64,000 bases of DNA from Amoeboaphelidium protococcarum X5 (Eukaryota > Fungi > Aphelidiomycota): the NCBI GenBank assembly GCA_023515725.1, contig JALDTO010000146.1, forward strand, positions 434,001-498,000. The letters are read 5' to 3'. The position numbers were made by a program, and so were the translations under genes. The notes beneath the pieces are model-generated. The model ran no database searches. It was not told where the DNA came from and was given only the letters and a program-made list of their open reading frames with translations. This document shows positions 13,630 through 26,641 of this stretch, piece by piece. Position 1 is the stretch's first letter. Each line of letters begins with the position of its first letter.

Positions 13630-14652
13630 ATGCTTATCTTGGGCAATTTATTTCTACTATTATTGGCATTCTTATTGGTGGCATTACAGGTTAATGCTGG
13701 ACATGGCACAAGCAGTTTGCGCACGGATTCTGGCGATAATCACGCCTTAAATAATCACAAGACTGATCGCCGTGAATTGCTTTAGGAGAAGTTTAGATAT
13801 CCGCCATAATATCAAGATGAGGATTTTATTGTATATCCAGAGTATTGCAAAATAGGTGGTGTCAGCAGACTGAAATGTAGACTGAGCGCGCCTCCGTTGA
13901 AGCGTACGCGTGAAGATGCTTTGGATAGATTGCTGGTCCTTTTCGATCTCGATCAGACGTTGGGTGAAGTGGTGACTGAGGAGATTTACGGTCAACTGAT
14001 GCAAGATCGCGGATAAAAGTATATACAGGCTGTTAGACTGAAGATTGGACCAGTAGTCTATCATGTTGCACTGCGTCCTCACATTTTCCGTTGGCTCTCT
14101 GTCCTGTCTGAGTCTTACACGCTTGGTATTTGGACAGCTGGTTTGACTGCGTATGGCAAGCAGTTTGCAAAGGCAATCAATTACCATTGCGAGAGTTACG
14201 GTATGAAGCCGCCTTTTTAAAATATGGATCTAATCTTTGGACGAAAATACGTGTATTACGGTACCAAGCATAAAGATCTGCGTTTATTTCCTCAGATTAA
14301 TGTGGCCAGGACTATTTTGATTGATAACTCTTTCGCCTCCTTTGGTGCTAATCTAGTGGATATTTATTCGGATCAATCTTAGTCCGTGAATGATCAGCCA
14401 CAGGACCAACCGCCCAAGTAGGGTCCACTGGTGTCCGTTCCGTCCAATGGTTATAAAATTGTTGATTATCACTACTAGGCACTTTATGATATTTAGTGGT
14501 AAGAGAATCTACTGGCAGAGAATGTGAGAGTAGTCGAATTTTTAAATAAGCTGTCTTAATTTGCAGACATTCGAATGCCAATAATTAGATAGAATCTGCA
14601 GGATGATGGCTACTTGGGAGCGCTTTAGATACAAGGATAGCAGACTAGATGA
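13630..14652 (+). CDS. Signal-peptide-bearing FCP1/SCP (NIF, HAD) phosphatase, paralog 1 (340 aa)
   Basis: MLILGNLFLLLLAFLLVALQVNA leader; LVLFDLDQTL (DxDxT), LRP, IWTAG, KDL, ILIDNS. Confidence 0.85.
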
Positions 14653-14938
14653 ATGATATGAATGGGGGAATAACTGAAGAAATATAAATGTTTTTGATGC
14701 ATATCATTCATATTCATATCGAAAGACACCATTCTAGTTTCAGAAATATGTTCACTACTGATCTGATCACGCCGCCAGCCACTTGGCAAGCCTCTGAAAT
14801 TCAATCGCCGAATTTCTTATGAACGCCTCACGAGGTTACAAATCCCGTGTTCCCATAAAAATTTCACACACACTTTCTAGATACACGACATTACTCATCT
14901 ATTATACAATAGTATATACAGCATCTATTAATTTTGGA

Positions 14939-15940
14939 ATGGATAAATTTTTAATACTCTTTGTTGCGTTTATTAGCTGGTAAGTGACAGCGTCTCCTGT
15001 TGGTGGTGGTGACTCATCTTTGTCTCAAGATTTATTGCCTGGATACGGAGGACGATTAGATAATGACCCTGAGGCTTTGGAATAGGAATATAGACGCGTA
15101 TATGACAATTACAGGCCTTTTGATGTCGCAGGATTCCAAGAAAACTCAAAGTGCTTTATCTCGGGTGATGGCGCGAATCTTTAATGTGATTTGAGACCAG
15201 GCTCACTCTCCGAGGTGCAGTTGGAAAAACCAGATTCCCTTGTTGTCTTGTTAGACTTGGATAACACGTTGGCTGAAGCCGTAAATTATAACATAGCTTC
15301 CAGAGTAGCAAAGGAACATAAATCTGCCATGCCTTTGGGACTGAAAGTGGATAACTAGAATGTCTATGTCGTACTGAGAGTGAACGCTCTGTAATGGCTG
15401 TCCGAAATCGGGCAATTGTATAACGTCGGTCTGTGGACGGCTGGAACAGAATCTTACGCGCGCGCGTTTGTCGCCGCTGTGAATGCGCAGTGTTAATAGA
15501 TGGGTCTGGCCGTGCCGTTTACTCAACCAGATCTGGTCTACTCACGAAATATGGTGACGCGTCTCATTATGACTAAAGAGATGAGATACCTTCAGAATTT
15601 GGATGTTCGCAAGACTGTTCTTATAGATAATAGTGTAGACTCTTTTTCTGCTGATTTGGCTGATATGTATCTGGCTAATGATTTTGAAACTGAACCTGAA
15701 TTTGTGGCTGCAGTTCCCACAAACGGCATCAAGGTGGAAGACTTTACTGTCAAAGATCACGTTTTTAACTATCATGGAAGTAGGAAGTCTTAGATTGAGC
15801 TTAACTAAATCCAAGCGTTGCTGTAGCACGTTTCAGATTTCGAAGATATACGTCCAGAGCTAATCAAGTACAACTACAAGATAAAACAACAATCTTATGG
15901 GCCAGAGACGAATTCTCTTCAAGAAGAAAGAATCAGATGA
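14939..15940 (+). CDS. Signal-peptide-bearing FCP1/SCP phosphatase, paralog 2 (333 aa)
   Basis: MDKFLILFVAFISWQVTA leader; VVLLDLDNTL, LWTAG, KEM, VLIDNS; colinear with paralog 1. Confidence 0.85.
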
Positions 15941-16176
15941 TGCGTTCAATATTTTTTACTCAATAATAATAAAAATAATGTTTTTTTTATCTCTAATCAT
16001 AGTTTGCCTTTCGCATTCTTTTTTTGTAATTTGTACAGGCTTAAAGACCACAGAGGTGGTGGTTTGGAACTATTTAATCTTGTTCGTCGAGAGCTTATTC
16101 CTTTAAACTATTGTGAGCCGAATATTCAATTTGTTACCACCTAACAAAGGACACCAAAGAATTTAAAAACAACATT

Positions 16177-17922
16177 ATGAGTAGAATTGATGGCGCATCA
16201 GTAATTGCTCAAACACTGAAATAATTGCAGGTGGAGGTTGTGTTTGGCGTAGTTGGTATCCCTGTAGTTGAGGTGGCTGAGGCTATAAGAGCATTTGGTA
16301 TAACTTTCATCGCGTTCCGTAATGAGTAATCTGCTTCATACGCCGCGAATGCATATGCCTACATCACAGGGAAGGTTGGCGTGTGTCTAGTCGTTGGAGG
16401 ACCTGGAATGATTCATGCTCTTGCAGGATTGAGTAATGCGATGGTCAATTGTTGGCCTATGCTGTTGATTGCTGGCGCTTCAGACGTGGATTAGGAGCAA
16501 AGAGGAGCGTTCCAAGAGTTTCCTCAAGTTGAAGCTGCCAGAATGTATACCAAGTTATCTGCTCGTCCATCTAGTGTTGAAAGTATTCCCTTTTACTTAT
16601 AGAAGGTCTGCCATGTGGCACTGCGCGGTCGTCCTGGTCCGTGTTATATCGATATCCCAGGTAACTACGTGACTGCCGAAGTGGCGGAGTCCTCACTGTC
16701 CTCTTTCGTGCAGATTCCAACGCAGTAGTTGATAAAGAGTCATGCGAGCTCCCAATCTATTCATTAATGCATATCTTTGCTCCAATAGGCTAGACGTCCT
16801 CTGCTCGTTATTGGAAAAGGTGCAGCGTACGCCAGAGCCGAGTCTGAACTCATGTAGTTGGTCACGTTGCTAAAGATTCCATTCCTACCTACGCCTATGG
16901 GAAAAGGAACCGTACCAGATGATCATGAACTTTGTGTTGCTGCTGCGAGAAGTATGGTTCTTTTGAAGGCTGATGTTGTTATTCTCTGTGGCGCCCGGTT
17001 GAATTGGATCTTGCATTTTGGGTAGTAGCCAAGATTTTTCCCAGATGTCAAGTTTATTCAGATGGAAATACAAGAGGAGGAGATTGGATTAAATTGGAAT
17101 AGAAATGGAGGTGTGGCGCTGGTTGGTGATTTAAAATTGAACCTGCAGCAGTTACTTGATTAACTATCAAATGTTAGCAAACTAAGTGACGTATCAGAGT
17201 GGACAACGCAGCTTCGGTAAAAGTGTAAGTAAAACGCTTTGAAAACATAATCATTAGTAAATGCACCAGTTGGTGAATATATGACTTATTATCATGCGTA
17301 TGGTGTGATTGTAAAGTATATTGTGCAGTTGCGAGAGGGCGGCAATTGTCCTGTTATCATCGGAGAAGGTGCAAATACAATGGACATTGGAAGGACAATG
17401 ATGAACTAGCATGAGCCAAGGACACGTCTTGATGCAGGTACATTTGGAACCATGGGCCTCGGATTGGGATATGCAATAGCTGCTGCACTGTGTTATCCAT
17501 CAAAACAGGTGATTTGTATACAGGGAGATTCAGCATTTGGATTCAGTGCTATGGAAATGGAAACTATATGTCGGTATCAGCTTCCCATCATTATTATAAT
17601 AATGAATAACAATGGCATATACAGCGGACTTGACGCGGAAAGATATAATTCAAGTGATTAGACTGTTATGGGAGTGCCTGATAGAATGAGTACTTCACTC
17701 TCACCCGGTGCTAGATATGAGCGCGTAGGGGAAGCATTTGGTGCAAATGGGTACTTCGTAAAGACATTGAGGGAACTTGATGCGGCACTAAAAGAAGCTC
17801 TGACGATCAGTAGTGATGGATAATAGCGAAAGGCAAGCGTGATCAATGTCCAGATTGAACCTTCCGCCGAACGAAAGTCTCAGTAACACTCTTGGCTCAC
17901 CAGAACTCAATCTAAAATGTGA
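16177..17922 (+). CDS. HACL1: Peroxisomal 2-hydroxyacyl-CoA lyase (TPP enzyme)
   Basis: [52 protein letters not shown]; ends in PTS1-type SKM-TGA. Confidence 0.93.
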
Positions 17923-18244
17923 TTATAAATGAAGTTATATTGAAATGAATTTTTGGAGCTTTTTCATGACTTGTCACATTAATACACATAGTATAGCTAT
18001 AGCGTGTAGGCAATAGAGCCTCAAGCGCGTTCTCTCGTTACAGCGAATCTCCCCAAAGCAGATGAGACGCGCGACTTGAATCTCTCTGTCTCGTGCTCTC
18101 TCACTCTCTCTTTCTCCTCACGCGTTCCGTTGAAGGGCTGACTGGGACAGACGAGAAAGACTTAAGGTATTTTGTTTCCCCTATCACAATAATACCAAGT
18201 GAGACTGTGGCATAAGATAATAATTGAAACACTTAAGGGTGGAA

Positions 18245-19423
18245 ATGACAATTATGGAGAATACTTGGATAGATCAGATTCAAGATTAGAAACTAAAGGA
18301 TGACATTCAATCTCTGATAAAAGACTATCCACAAAGCACTGATATATTGCGTCGCTTGAATGAGCACTATCTCTCATAGGTGTAAGCTCTGCGTAATGAA
18401 GAGTCTATGGAGTAGAATATGAGTAAAAAGAGAAGATTTGTATCTAACGAGTTATAGTCACAAGATGTTATGAAAGACTTGTCCGATTACATTCGCATTA
18501 AGGATCTTAGCTGTACGCTGCCAGTTAGAAAGAAGGTGGACTTGCTGATATCAGCGAATGATGTACGCGTTGTATAATGTGGCACCAACACACAGATTGC
18601 AGTATTATCAGAACAGATACAGATATTCTGTCTTCATAATCCATCAAAATCTGATTAGTCATGTGTTTTGGTATTTATCCGTCTTAGTGAGGACAATGAT
18701 CAGGTGACCATACCAGATGATTCTATCATTTGTGTAGTTGTACATGAGCGGCCTGATATTGTGGTACAGAATGCCAAATCACTGCTTGGCTCAAGTAATG
18801 TTGAGATTGTATGTAATCTGCTTTAACACGACTTGAAGTATAATCTTATTAAATCTGATCTATCGGAGTTCAAGTCGAAAGTATTCAAGAATGTCTACTC
18901 TTCTTTTATGCAGTGTCATCTGGGTGCCAAAGAGGGACATTTATTCATGCTCAGCACTGGCCTATTATTTGGATTCAAGAAGCCTGTGCTGTATATGTCG
19001 TTCAATTAAATCAAGTCGGTTGAGATTTCTGGTATAACATCGCGTACTTTTGACTTGGTGCTCAGTACCAGTGAGAAGGTGTTCACGTTCGGGATGATTG
19101 CGTATGAAGAGTTTGACGGTATCATGGCGTATATCCATAAACATGATTTGGACAAGTCTCTTGATAGTAGGAACACGTCTGTTACGTAATAGTCTGCACT
19201 TAGAATTGGTGGTTTATCTATGGATCAAGTTGGCGGTGAGAATTTTGGTAATGGGAGTATATTACCGGTTGATGATGATTACAACTCTGAAGAAGATGAA
19301 GATTATGTTGGTGAGGATGGCAGTAGTGATAGCGACAATGATAGTAGTGAAAGTGATAGTGATGATGATTGTCGAGCAAACAGTAATGAAGTCCCTGAAA
19401 GTGGCGATGATGATGATGAATGA
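18245..19423 (+). CDS. RTT106: Histone chaperone Rtt106-like (double PH, acidic tail)
   Basis: [15 protein letters not shown]; [22 protein letters not shown]; ITSRTFDL; FGMIAYEEF; D/E-rich C-terminus. Confidence 0.8.
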
Positions 19424-19499
19424 CTTAATGCTGAATGAATGGCACTCGTTGATGCTTTTTTAGCTGGTGATGAAAGTGAAATAATGATTCTATCTAATC

Positions 19500-21420
19500 A
19501 CATATTCCTCTTTTTATTTTGTCTTATATTTACAAGGCGAATATGCGGCTTCTTAAGGAGAGTAGTACTTCGCATCAGAGTCAATAATTTCATTCTGGAT
19601 GGTGTTATAATTAGTTAGTGGGTAAACATTCACTTATTTTCTCTTCTCCTGTCTACTGTCTCCATCAATTTTCTCCAACCATCATCCATTATATTTTTAA
19701 ACTACTGATTACATTATCTCGGAACAAAGTATCTTTGAGGCCTTGGCGACTTTGGGATAAAACTCACTCGCAGAAGAGGCTATGGTTAGATGATCCTTTC
19801 TCGTGGGTGTCTTTCATCCTTGATACTTGAAAATATAATTTTGAAGGAGCAATGTTGGTGGCTAAATGTTATTGCGCAGCATATTAGATGAGAATCTGCT
19901 ACTTTTAGCGTCTCTACCGACATAAACCACAATTTTGTTCTTTCTGACATCGGAATAGCTATCGAATCCAGAATAACTATCAATTCGGAGGAGCTTGCAG
20001 CATAGAGCTTTCAAAATTCGAGACCTCTCTACATAGTAGCGGAATTTCATGCGCTAGTACTCCAGAGTCAGATACCCATTCATCCTCTCGTCTGTCAAAG
20101 CAGCAGAGGAACCATCTTTTAATGAGCATTACTGCAAGTCACCAGCGCGACGAGAAAGAGAGTTCTAATTTCTGATTATAGTAGCTTTTGGGCCATCAGC
20201 GCGATGTAGATAACAAGAAAAGTCGGCTGTGATCTGGTATACAACTGTTGAATCCCTTGGTCTAGTATTTAATAGAACTTGCCAAGCATCAGCATCTTAA
20301 GAAGCGCGCACATGGATGGCCACAGCAAAGTTGATCACACCAACGTCGAATCCTATTCTCAGTATTGTCTAATCGCTGATAATACTTTATGGATAGTGAG
20401 CATCATTAAGCCAGTCCCATCTTTTATCGCCTTCGGCTTCAGCTTCTTACTCCTCTTCATCCACTGCCAGCTGCAGCAGCTATTATCGTTGCTGTTACTC
20501 ATTATCGGGTAACTTTATTATATCAGCTCCCAGAAGATCTTCCTCATCCCAGCCTTCGGTGTCTGGTAAATCAGCGAATCCTTCTCCAAACTACTCATAC
20601 AGAGTATCAGAAGCCGTGTTAAGTGGATTCCCCGCTTTGCATGGGATGCTAATGGAGTACAGATCTGTCAGGCGCTAAGGCATCGGCCGGTCCTCAAACC
20701 AATCAGGCAAATCTAGGAGATTTTTAAATCTCTCAAGACTCTCTTCTGAATTATTGCCGAAACACTTGGTATTTTGACACAAATCATTGTTAAACTTGAT
20801 ATGGAATGGCATTAATGACACATCAGGTAGAATATCGAATTTGACGAGACCATGTGCCAGATTATATTGCTGGAGGAAATGCATCATTTTAAGATAATTT
20901 GGCCAATTCTCTCTCTGACTTGCACTATTCCTCCATATACGACCATTGATCTGTTATGCCCTTAATATTCATTAAGCAATTGCATAAATCTCACCATAAA
21001 TACCATTTGAGACGTTACAGAGGGTCATTGTGATTGCAACATTCTAATGGCGTTAGTTCTTATAAGTCTATACTTCTTCTACCGTAGGAATACGCAAATC
21101 TTGATGGTTCAATGCGTCTAACCAAGCTCTAATTAGATCAGAAGGATTCAGAATAGAGCATCCATGAGTAATTGCCAGATTATGTCTAAAATAGTCCATT
21201 AATCAAGTGGATAAGTCGGTTTCATGTGCATCCAGTAGCCCTTGATGAACTCATCTGCCATGTCCGCCGTTCATGAACATTGATTTCTTCCATTTAACGT
21301 ACTAATAGAATCTCTTCTTATTAACATAGCGTTTTAAAGCATGCAAAAATTTGCAGAATGTGCACCAATGTTGCTATTTTAAGGCTACACTTAATTTCTC
21401 GGGTTTTCACAATCTACAGT
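19500..21420 (-). pseudogene. Fanzor1-like (TnpB-derived RuvC nuclease) frame interrupted by six in-frame TGA codons; boundaries approximate
   Basis: One frame: FLHALKRYVN; WPNYLKMM...KFDILPDVSLMPFHIKFN; RLTDLYSISI; RuvC-I LRIGFDVGVINF (D at 20345-20347); RMKFRYYVERSRILKALCCKL; IVVYVG...PPT; RuvC-II-like ASEFYP (E at 19763-19765). Confidence 0.65.
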
Positions 21421-21608
21421 ACTAAAAGTGATAAATTATTAGTGCGCGTGGACTGACTTTCTGATGCTTGAAAGTGAAGCGAGAGATTTGCGGCAAGAGT
21501 GTAAATACGGTTTAACATTGTTCTGTGATGGTACTATCCACAAAAGTGATTGTAGGCCCACAAGGTGATAAACTTGAGAATAGCTATATCAAAAAAAGAT
21601 TAATAAAA

Positions 21609-21679
21609 TGCGCCTTGCGGGAATCGAACCCACTGCAATATCTTGGAAGGATACTATGTTACCAGTACACCAAAGGCGC
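21609..21679 (-). tRNA. tRNA-Gly (TCC)
   Basis: GCGCCTT acceptor stem, D arm TGGTGTACTGGTAACA, anticodon arm GTATC-CTTCCAA-GATAT, T arm GGTTCGATTCC; 71 nt, no intron. Confidence 0.95.
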
Positions 21680-21714
21680 TCAATATCCTTAGGAAATTTT
21701 TAAGCTTGACGAAT

Positions 21715-21952
21715 TGTTAGATCGGGACTACTTGATATACTAGACAGGGGAAACTTAGACTGACTATACAGGATCTAACCAGACAAGCAAGGTAAAAACG
21801 TGTAAATAAGTTGAATACTATATTAACACGATGATCAAAAGAGATGGATCTCATCTATCGTGAGAACTTGATTGTATAATCTTGAGGAGGCGTGGGAACG
21901 TTGCTCAGCCACAATAGGCAAAGATCATTGATCAGTCTGCACGACTGTAACA
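21715..21952 (-). repeat. 3' LTR
   Basis: TGTTAGATC...CTGTAACA; identical by eye to 26642-26879. Confidence 0.97.
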
Positions 21953-24900
21953 CTATCTCCCTCTCCAAAACCTTGGCGTAAAGCATTAGTTCTTCTTGTA
22001 GTACCATCATAGAAGAAGGACTCATTATTAACAGTTGGTTAAAGCCAAGGAGCCAAATCAGATTCATTAACAACAGAGTCAAGACGCAAGCCAGCCGGAG
22101 TCATTAGCCAATACGTACCAGGAAACCCAACATCTACCACACTGTAAGGGCCTTTCCAATTGAACTCAAATTTACTCTTGCCATAATGCTTCAACTTCAC
22201 CCAATCACCAACCTTGAAGAAATACTCAGGAGCATTATGATCCAAATTATATCTTTTACGCATCAATTCAGCTTGAGTCAACGAGCGTTCATAAGCAGCG
22301 CGTCTAGCATTACCCATTTCTTCGAAGGTTCTAGCCAAAATTGCACCTTCTACTTCAATCTCTTCCAATTCATCCAGTGGCTTCATAGATGACAATGGTG
22401 GGTGAGTATCACCAGGAATTCTTGGATTTACTCCAAACATGAGATAAAATGGAGATGACTTAGTAACTGCATGAGTTCTGACGCGAATACCAAATACAGC
22501 TTCTGCCAAATATTCATCCCAACGAGAAGGATTACCAGCAGCTAGAGTAGCAATAGCATGACGCAACATAGCATGCATACGTTCAATCATTCCATTGGTC
22601 TAAGGATGATAAGGAGAAGTAGCTAGATGCTTAATGTTCCACTTCTTCTCATAGTATTTAACACCTTCATCCAAGAAAGAACTACCACGATCACTGATAA
22701 TTTCAAAAGGAGCGCCAAAATTCATTACAATCTCATGATAAATAAAATTAGCCACAGTCTTAGCATCTCTATTTGGAACAGCTTTAGCAATGACCCAACG
22801 TGTAGCATAATCAATTGCAGTAATAATGTGCTTATTACCAGACTTAGCCTCACTCAGATCTTATACAAAATCAATTCCCCATCTTTCAAAGGGCAAAGCA
22901 ACAGGCGGAACTGGTTTAATAGGAGTTGATGACACAGAAGTAGATTAGGACTTATCAAGTTAACAATATGCACAACGAGAAATGTAATCTTTAATCTCTT
23001 GATCCATCTTTGGCCACCAGTATCTTCTCTAAATCAATTCAGCAATTGAGTCGTTCTTCAAATGACCAAGCTTATCATGCAGTCTTTCCAATTGTTCCAG
23101 ACGAGAAGAAGGATGTAAATACCAACTTTTAGTTATTCCATCATCAGCAATTCTGCAGAGATTACCAGAATCATCAAGAGAGAAATGTTTAGATTGATCT
23201 TTGCATAACTACAAAACTTCAACAGGCAAATCTGCTTTCCATTCGCCAGAAACTAGCCATTTCTTTACATAAAGAGGCCAATCTAGTTAATTCACAGGCT
23301 CAATTTCTTAAATAGTCACCGTTTGATCAACTGAACCAAAAACAGCCAATGATAACGCGTTAACTACTTGATTAGGATCAATAATGCGCAAGAAATTAGC
23401 CTTATCATTTTCAACGTAATAGTCGGGCCTTCTAGATAGTATATCAGCTTTGCCATTTCTATTTCCAGGACGATATGTAAGAACGAAGTCGAACTCTGCA
23501 AAGAATGTAGCCCAACGAGCTTGACGACGCGTTAACTACTTTGTTTCCATAAAGTATTGCAGATTCTTGTGATCAGACAGAACAGTGACTTGATGATCAG
23601 CACCTTACAAAAAGTGTCTCCATTCTTTAAAGCATTCATGAATAGCTAGCAATTCTTTATCGTAAATCTCATAATTACGCTCAGCAGGAATCATTTGACG
23701 AGAATAGAACGCAACAGGACGCAATTCACCATTTTCATCATATTAAGACAAAACACCAGCGATGGCAAAATCAGACGAGTCAGTTTCAACAATAAATGGC
23801 TTCTCTTCATTCGGATGCATGAGAAATTGAGGATCAGCAAAAACTTTCTTCATCTACTCTAATGCAGCCTTCTACTCTTCTCCCCAACAGAATTGAACAT
23901 CTTTTTTCAGCAGCAGAGTGAATGGCATGGTCAATTTAGCAAAGTTCTTAATAAGTCTTCTGTAAAAGTTAAGAAAACCAAGCAGCATTTACACTTCATT
24001 CACGTTCTTTGGATTTGGCCACTTCAAAACAGCTTCAACTTTACGCAAGTCCATTGACAACCCATCCTTTGAAAGAACATAACCCAAATACTTACATTCT
24101 CGCTATGCAAAGTGACACTTGGCAATATTACAGTAAAGATTATTCTATCTTAAGATCTCCAAAACTTCACGGACGTGTTACCAGTGCTCATCTTCATTGT
24201 CTGAATAGATAATAATGTCATCAATGAACACAATGACAAAATTTCCAATCTAGTCTTTCAACAGTTCATTCATAAAAGTCTGAAACTGAGCAGGAGCATT
24301 TGCAAGTCCAAAAGGCATAACCAAAAACTCATATGAACCATACTTAGTTCGAAATGCACTCTTAAATTCATGGCCTTCCTTTATTCTCAATAAATTGTAT
24401 GCACCAACCAAATCCAAAGTAGTAAACATCTTAGCTTTTTGCAGCGTTCTAAATATATCAGATACTAAAGGCATTGGATTCTTATTCTTAATTGTATTCT
24501 TATTTAATGCACGATAGTCCATACACAGACGTAACTTCTTATCTCCAGTCCAGTCAGGCTTCTTCACGTAAAAACAAGGTGCACCAAATGGACTTTTACT
24601 TGGACGAATGAAACCTTTATCAATATTATTTTACAACCATTCCTTCAAGGCAAAATCTTCCTCTTTAGTCAGACTATAGACTTTACCAAAGAATGGTTCA
24701 GAGTCAGGCTTTAAATCAATAGTACAATCAGACGCGCGATGAGGCGGCAATTAATCAGCCATCTTCTTGTCAAACACAGTTTAATAATCAGCTATTTACT
24801 TTGGCAACTCTTAATTAACATGATCAGTATTATTTGGAACTTCAGAGATATCACGCATCTGAGTGTAAAGATCATCAATCTCCAGAACAATGGAACGCTT

Positions 24901-25647
24901 CTCTTCTTCGACCAACGACTGAATTTCTGAAACATCCACTTGAATCTCAGTAGAAACTTTAACTGCAGTAGCTGAAGAAGCAGAACTAGGTGAATTAATT
25001 TCTTTTAGCTATTATTCTGTTTGTGTAGATGAATCAACATTAGATAAGATGGCAAGATGACTGTCTGCCATCTCTATATTATTGGATTAGACCATAGAGT
25101 TCAGATTGAAAGAGACCTTTGGAGCAGGTTATTTTAAAGACTCTTATTCCAATCTGACACTAGAAGAGGACTAAGCATTACTATAGACAGAAGTTTCATG
25201 AACAACGCAGTTGATAACGCAGAAATCAGAGTTAAATGTTACCTTCTCTTAGATCCAATCAATCAGCGGATTATGTTGCTTCAGCCAAGACATGCCAAGA
25301 ATGATATCTTATGACAATTAAGTCACCAGGAAGGTAATCGTTTCAATATGTTCACCAATATGCAACTATAAGGGTGTAGTTTGATGGATAATCTTGGTGC
25401 AATGATCCTCGTTGCCATCGGCAAACTTGACAGTAATGGACTACTTCAATTGAACCACTGGAATCTTGTAAGTATCCACCAACTTCTGGCTGACGAAACA
25501 GACATCAGCACCACAATCCAGTAGAAGTATAGCCTTGATTGATTATGTGCCAATAAGGATTGTACTGTTAAGTTGAATTTTGCAAGATGAAATTGAGTTC
25601 AGATTCAATATTACTTCATTACCATTATCATCTTCATTAACTAACTG
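21925..25647 (-). CDS. pol: Pol (protease, RT, RNase H, integrase; no chromodomain), in frame with gag
   Basis: LLDCGA; [27 protein letters not shown]; ETDSSD, YDKELLA; HHCC, WGIDF, SDRG, TNGMIER, GPY; frame runs into the LTR to TGA. Confidence 0.93.
21953..21966 (-). other. Polypurine tract
   Basis: GGAGAGGGAGATAG immediately before the 3' LTR on the minus strand. Confidence 0.85.
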
Positions 25648-26619
25648 TCATTGCTCATTGACTTATGCACGGCGCGCTGGACGGTTATGAACAGCTAATG
25701 GGCAGTCACGTCTCCAATGACCAGTCTAACCACAGACGATGCACAAATTATTGGCGATTCTACGGGCTCTCTCTTCTGGCGACAATCTACCACGTTGAAT
25801 TTGATCTATCTCCATAGCATCTGGATTGTTGACTGGAACTGCAGCTGGAACAACTTGATGATTATTAGCAGGACCAACTTACGGAATGCGATTATTAGCG
25901 ATATTCTGGAATAATTGATTATTGACAACTCTGCCATTTGCAGCATGAAACAAAGACAGACGTTAGTCACATCTGATGGATAAGTCTATCAACTCTTGCA
26001 ATTTGCTTGGTTCTGGGTATCCTAATAACATCTTCTTAACCTGATAAGATAACCCATCCTTGTACTAGAACATTAGTGCAGAATCATTCCAATCTAAGTC
26101 GGAAGCAAGACTTAAAAATTCAGTAGAGTATACAGATGCAGTCTTCTTCAGTTGCTTCAATAGCTTAATTCGATTCCCAGCAATTGCCATTTGCTCAATA
26201 GGCTAGAATGCAGCAGCTAACGCGCTCATAAACCTGTCATAATTGGCCAAAGTATCTGGATATTTACTCGGATGTTCTAGTATTGGATTGACCCATTACA
26301 AGGCATTACCGGACAGCAAAGATATGACGGTCATAATTTTAATCTCGTCGCTCTTGTACCTTTAAGGATGGATTTTAAACAGGATGGTTAACTAATTTCT
26401 GAACCCACGGAACAGTTCACGCTCACCATTGTACTTGGAAGGCAAGATGACTGAATTTTACTCTACTGACACTGGAACTTGGGCTGGAGTGGACAAACGC
26501 TAATTTTCATATGCAGCAATCTATTGTTATAACTACTCGTTGTGAACCTGAGCATTATGCAACGCATGCAACATTTCGGCATTTACACCTTCAGGTGTTG
26601 TGGCACGGAAGTCAGACAT
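25648..26619 (-). CDS. gag: Gag (323 aa) with CCHC knuckle
   Basis: PSKYNGERELFRGF...LLSGNALQW; CIVCGQTGHWRRDC; ends TGA at 25648-25650. Confidence 0.9.
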
Positions 26620-26630
26620 GATACTTATGG

Positions 26631-26640
26631 ATCGTGTTAA
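26631..26640 (-). other. Self-priming type primer binding site
   Basis: TTAACACGAT, 1 nt after the 5' LTR, is the exact complement of LTR sequence 26750-26759; no TGG tRNA-type PBS. Confidence 0.75.
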
Positions 26641-26641
26641 G

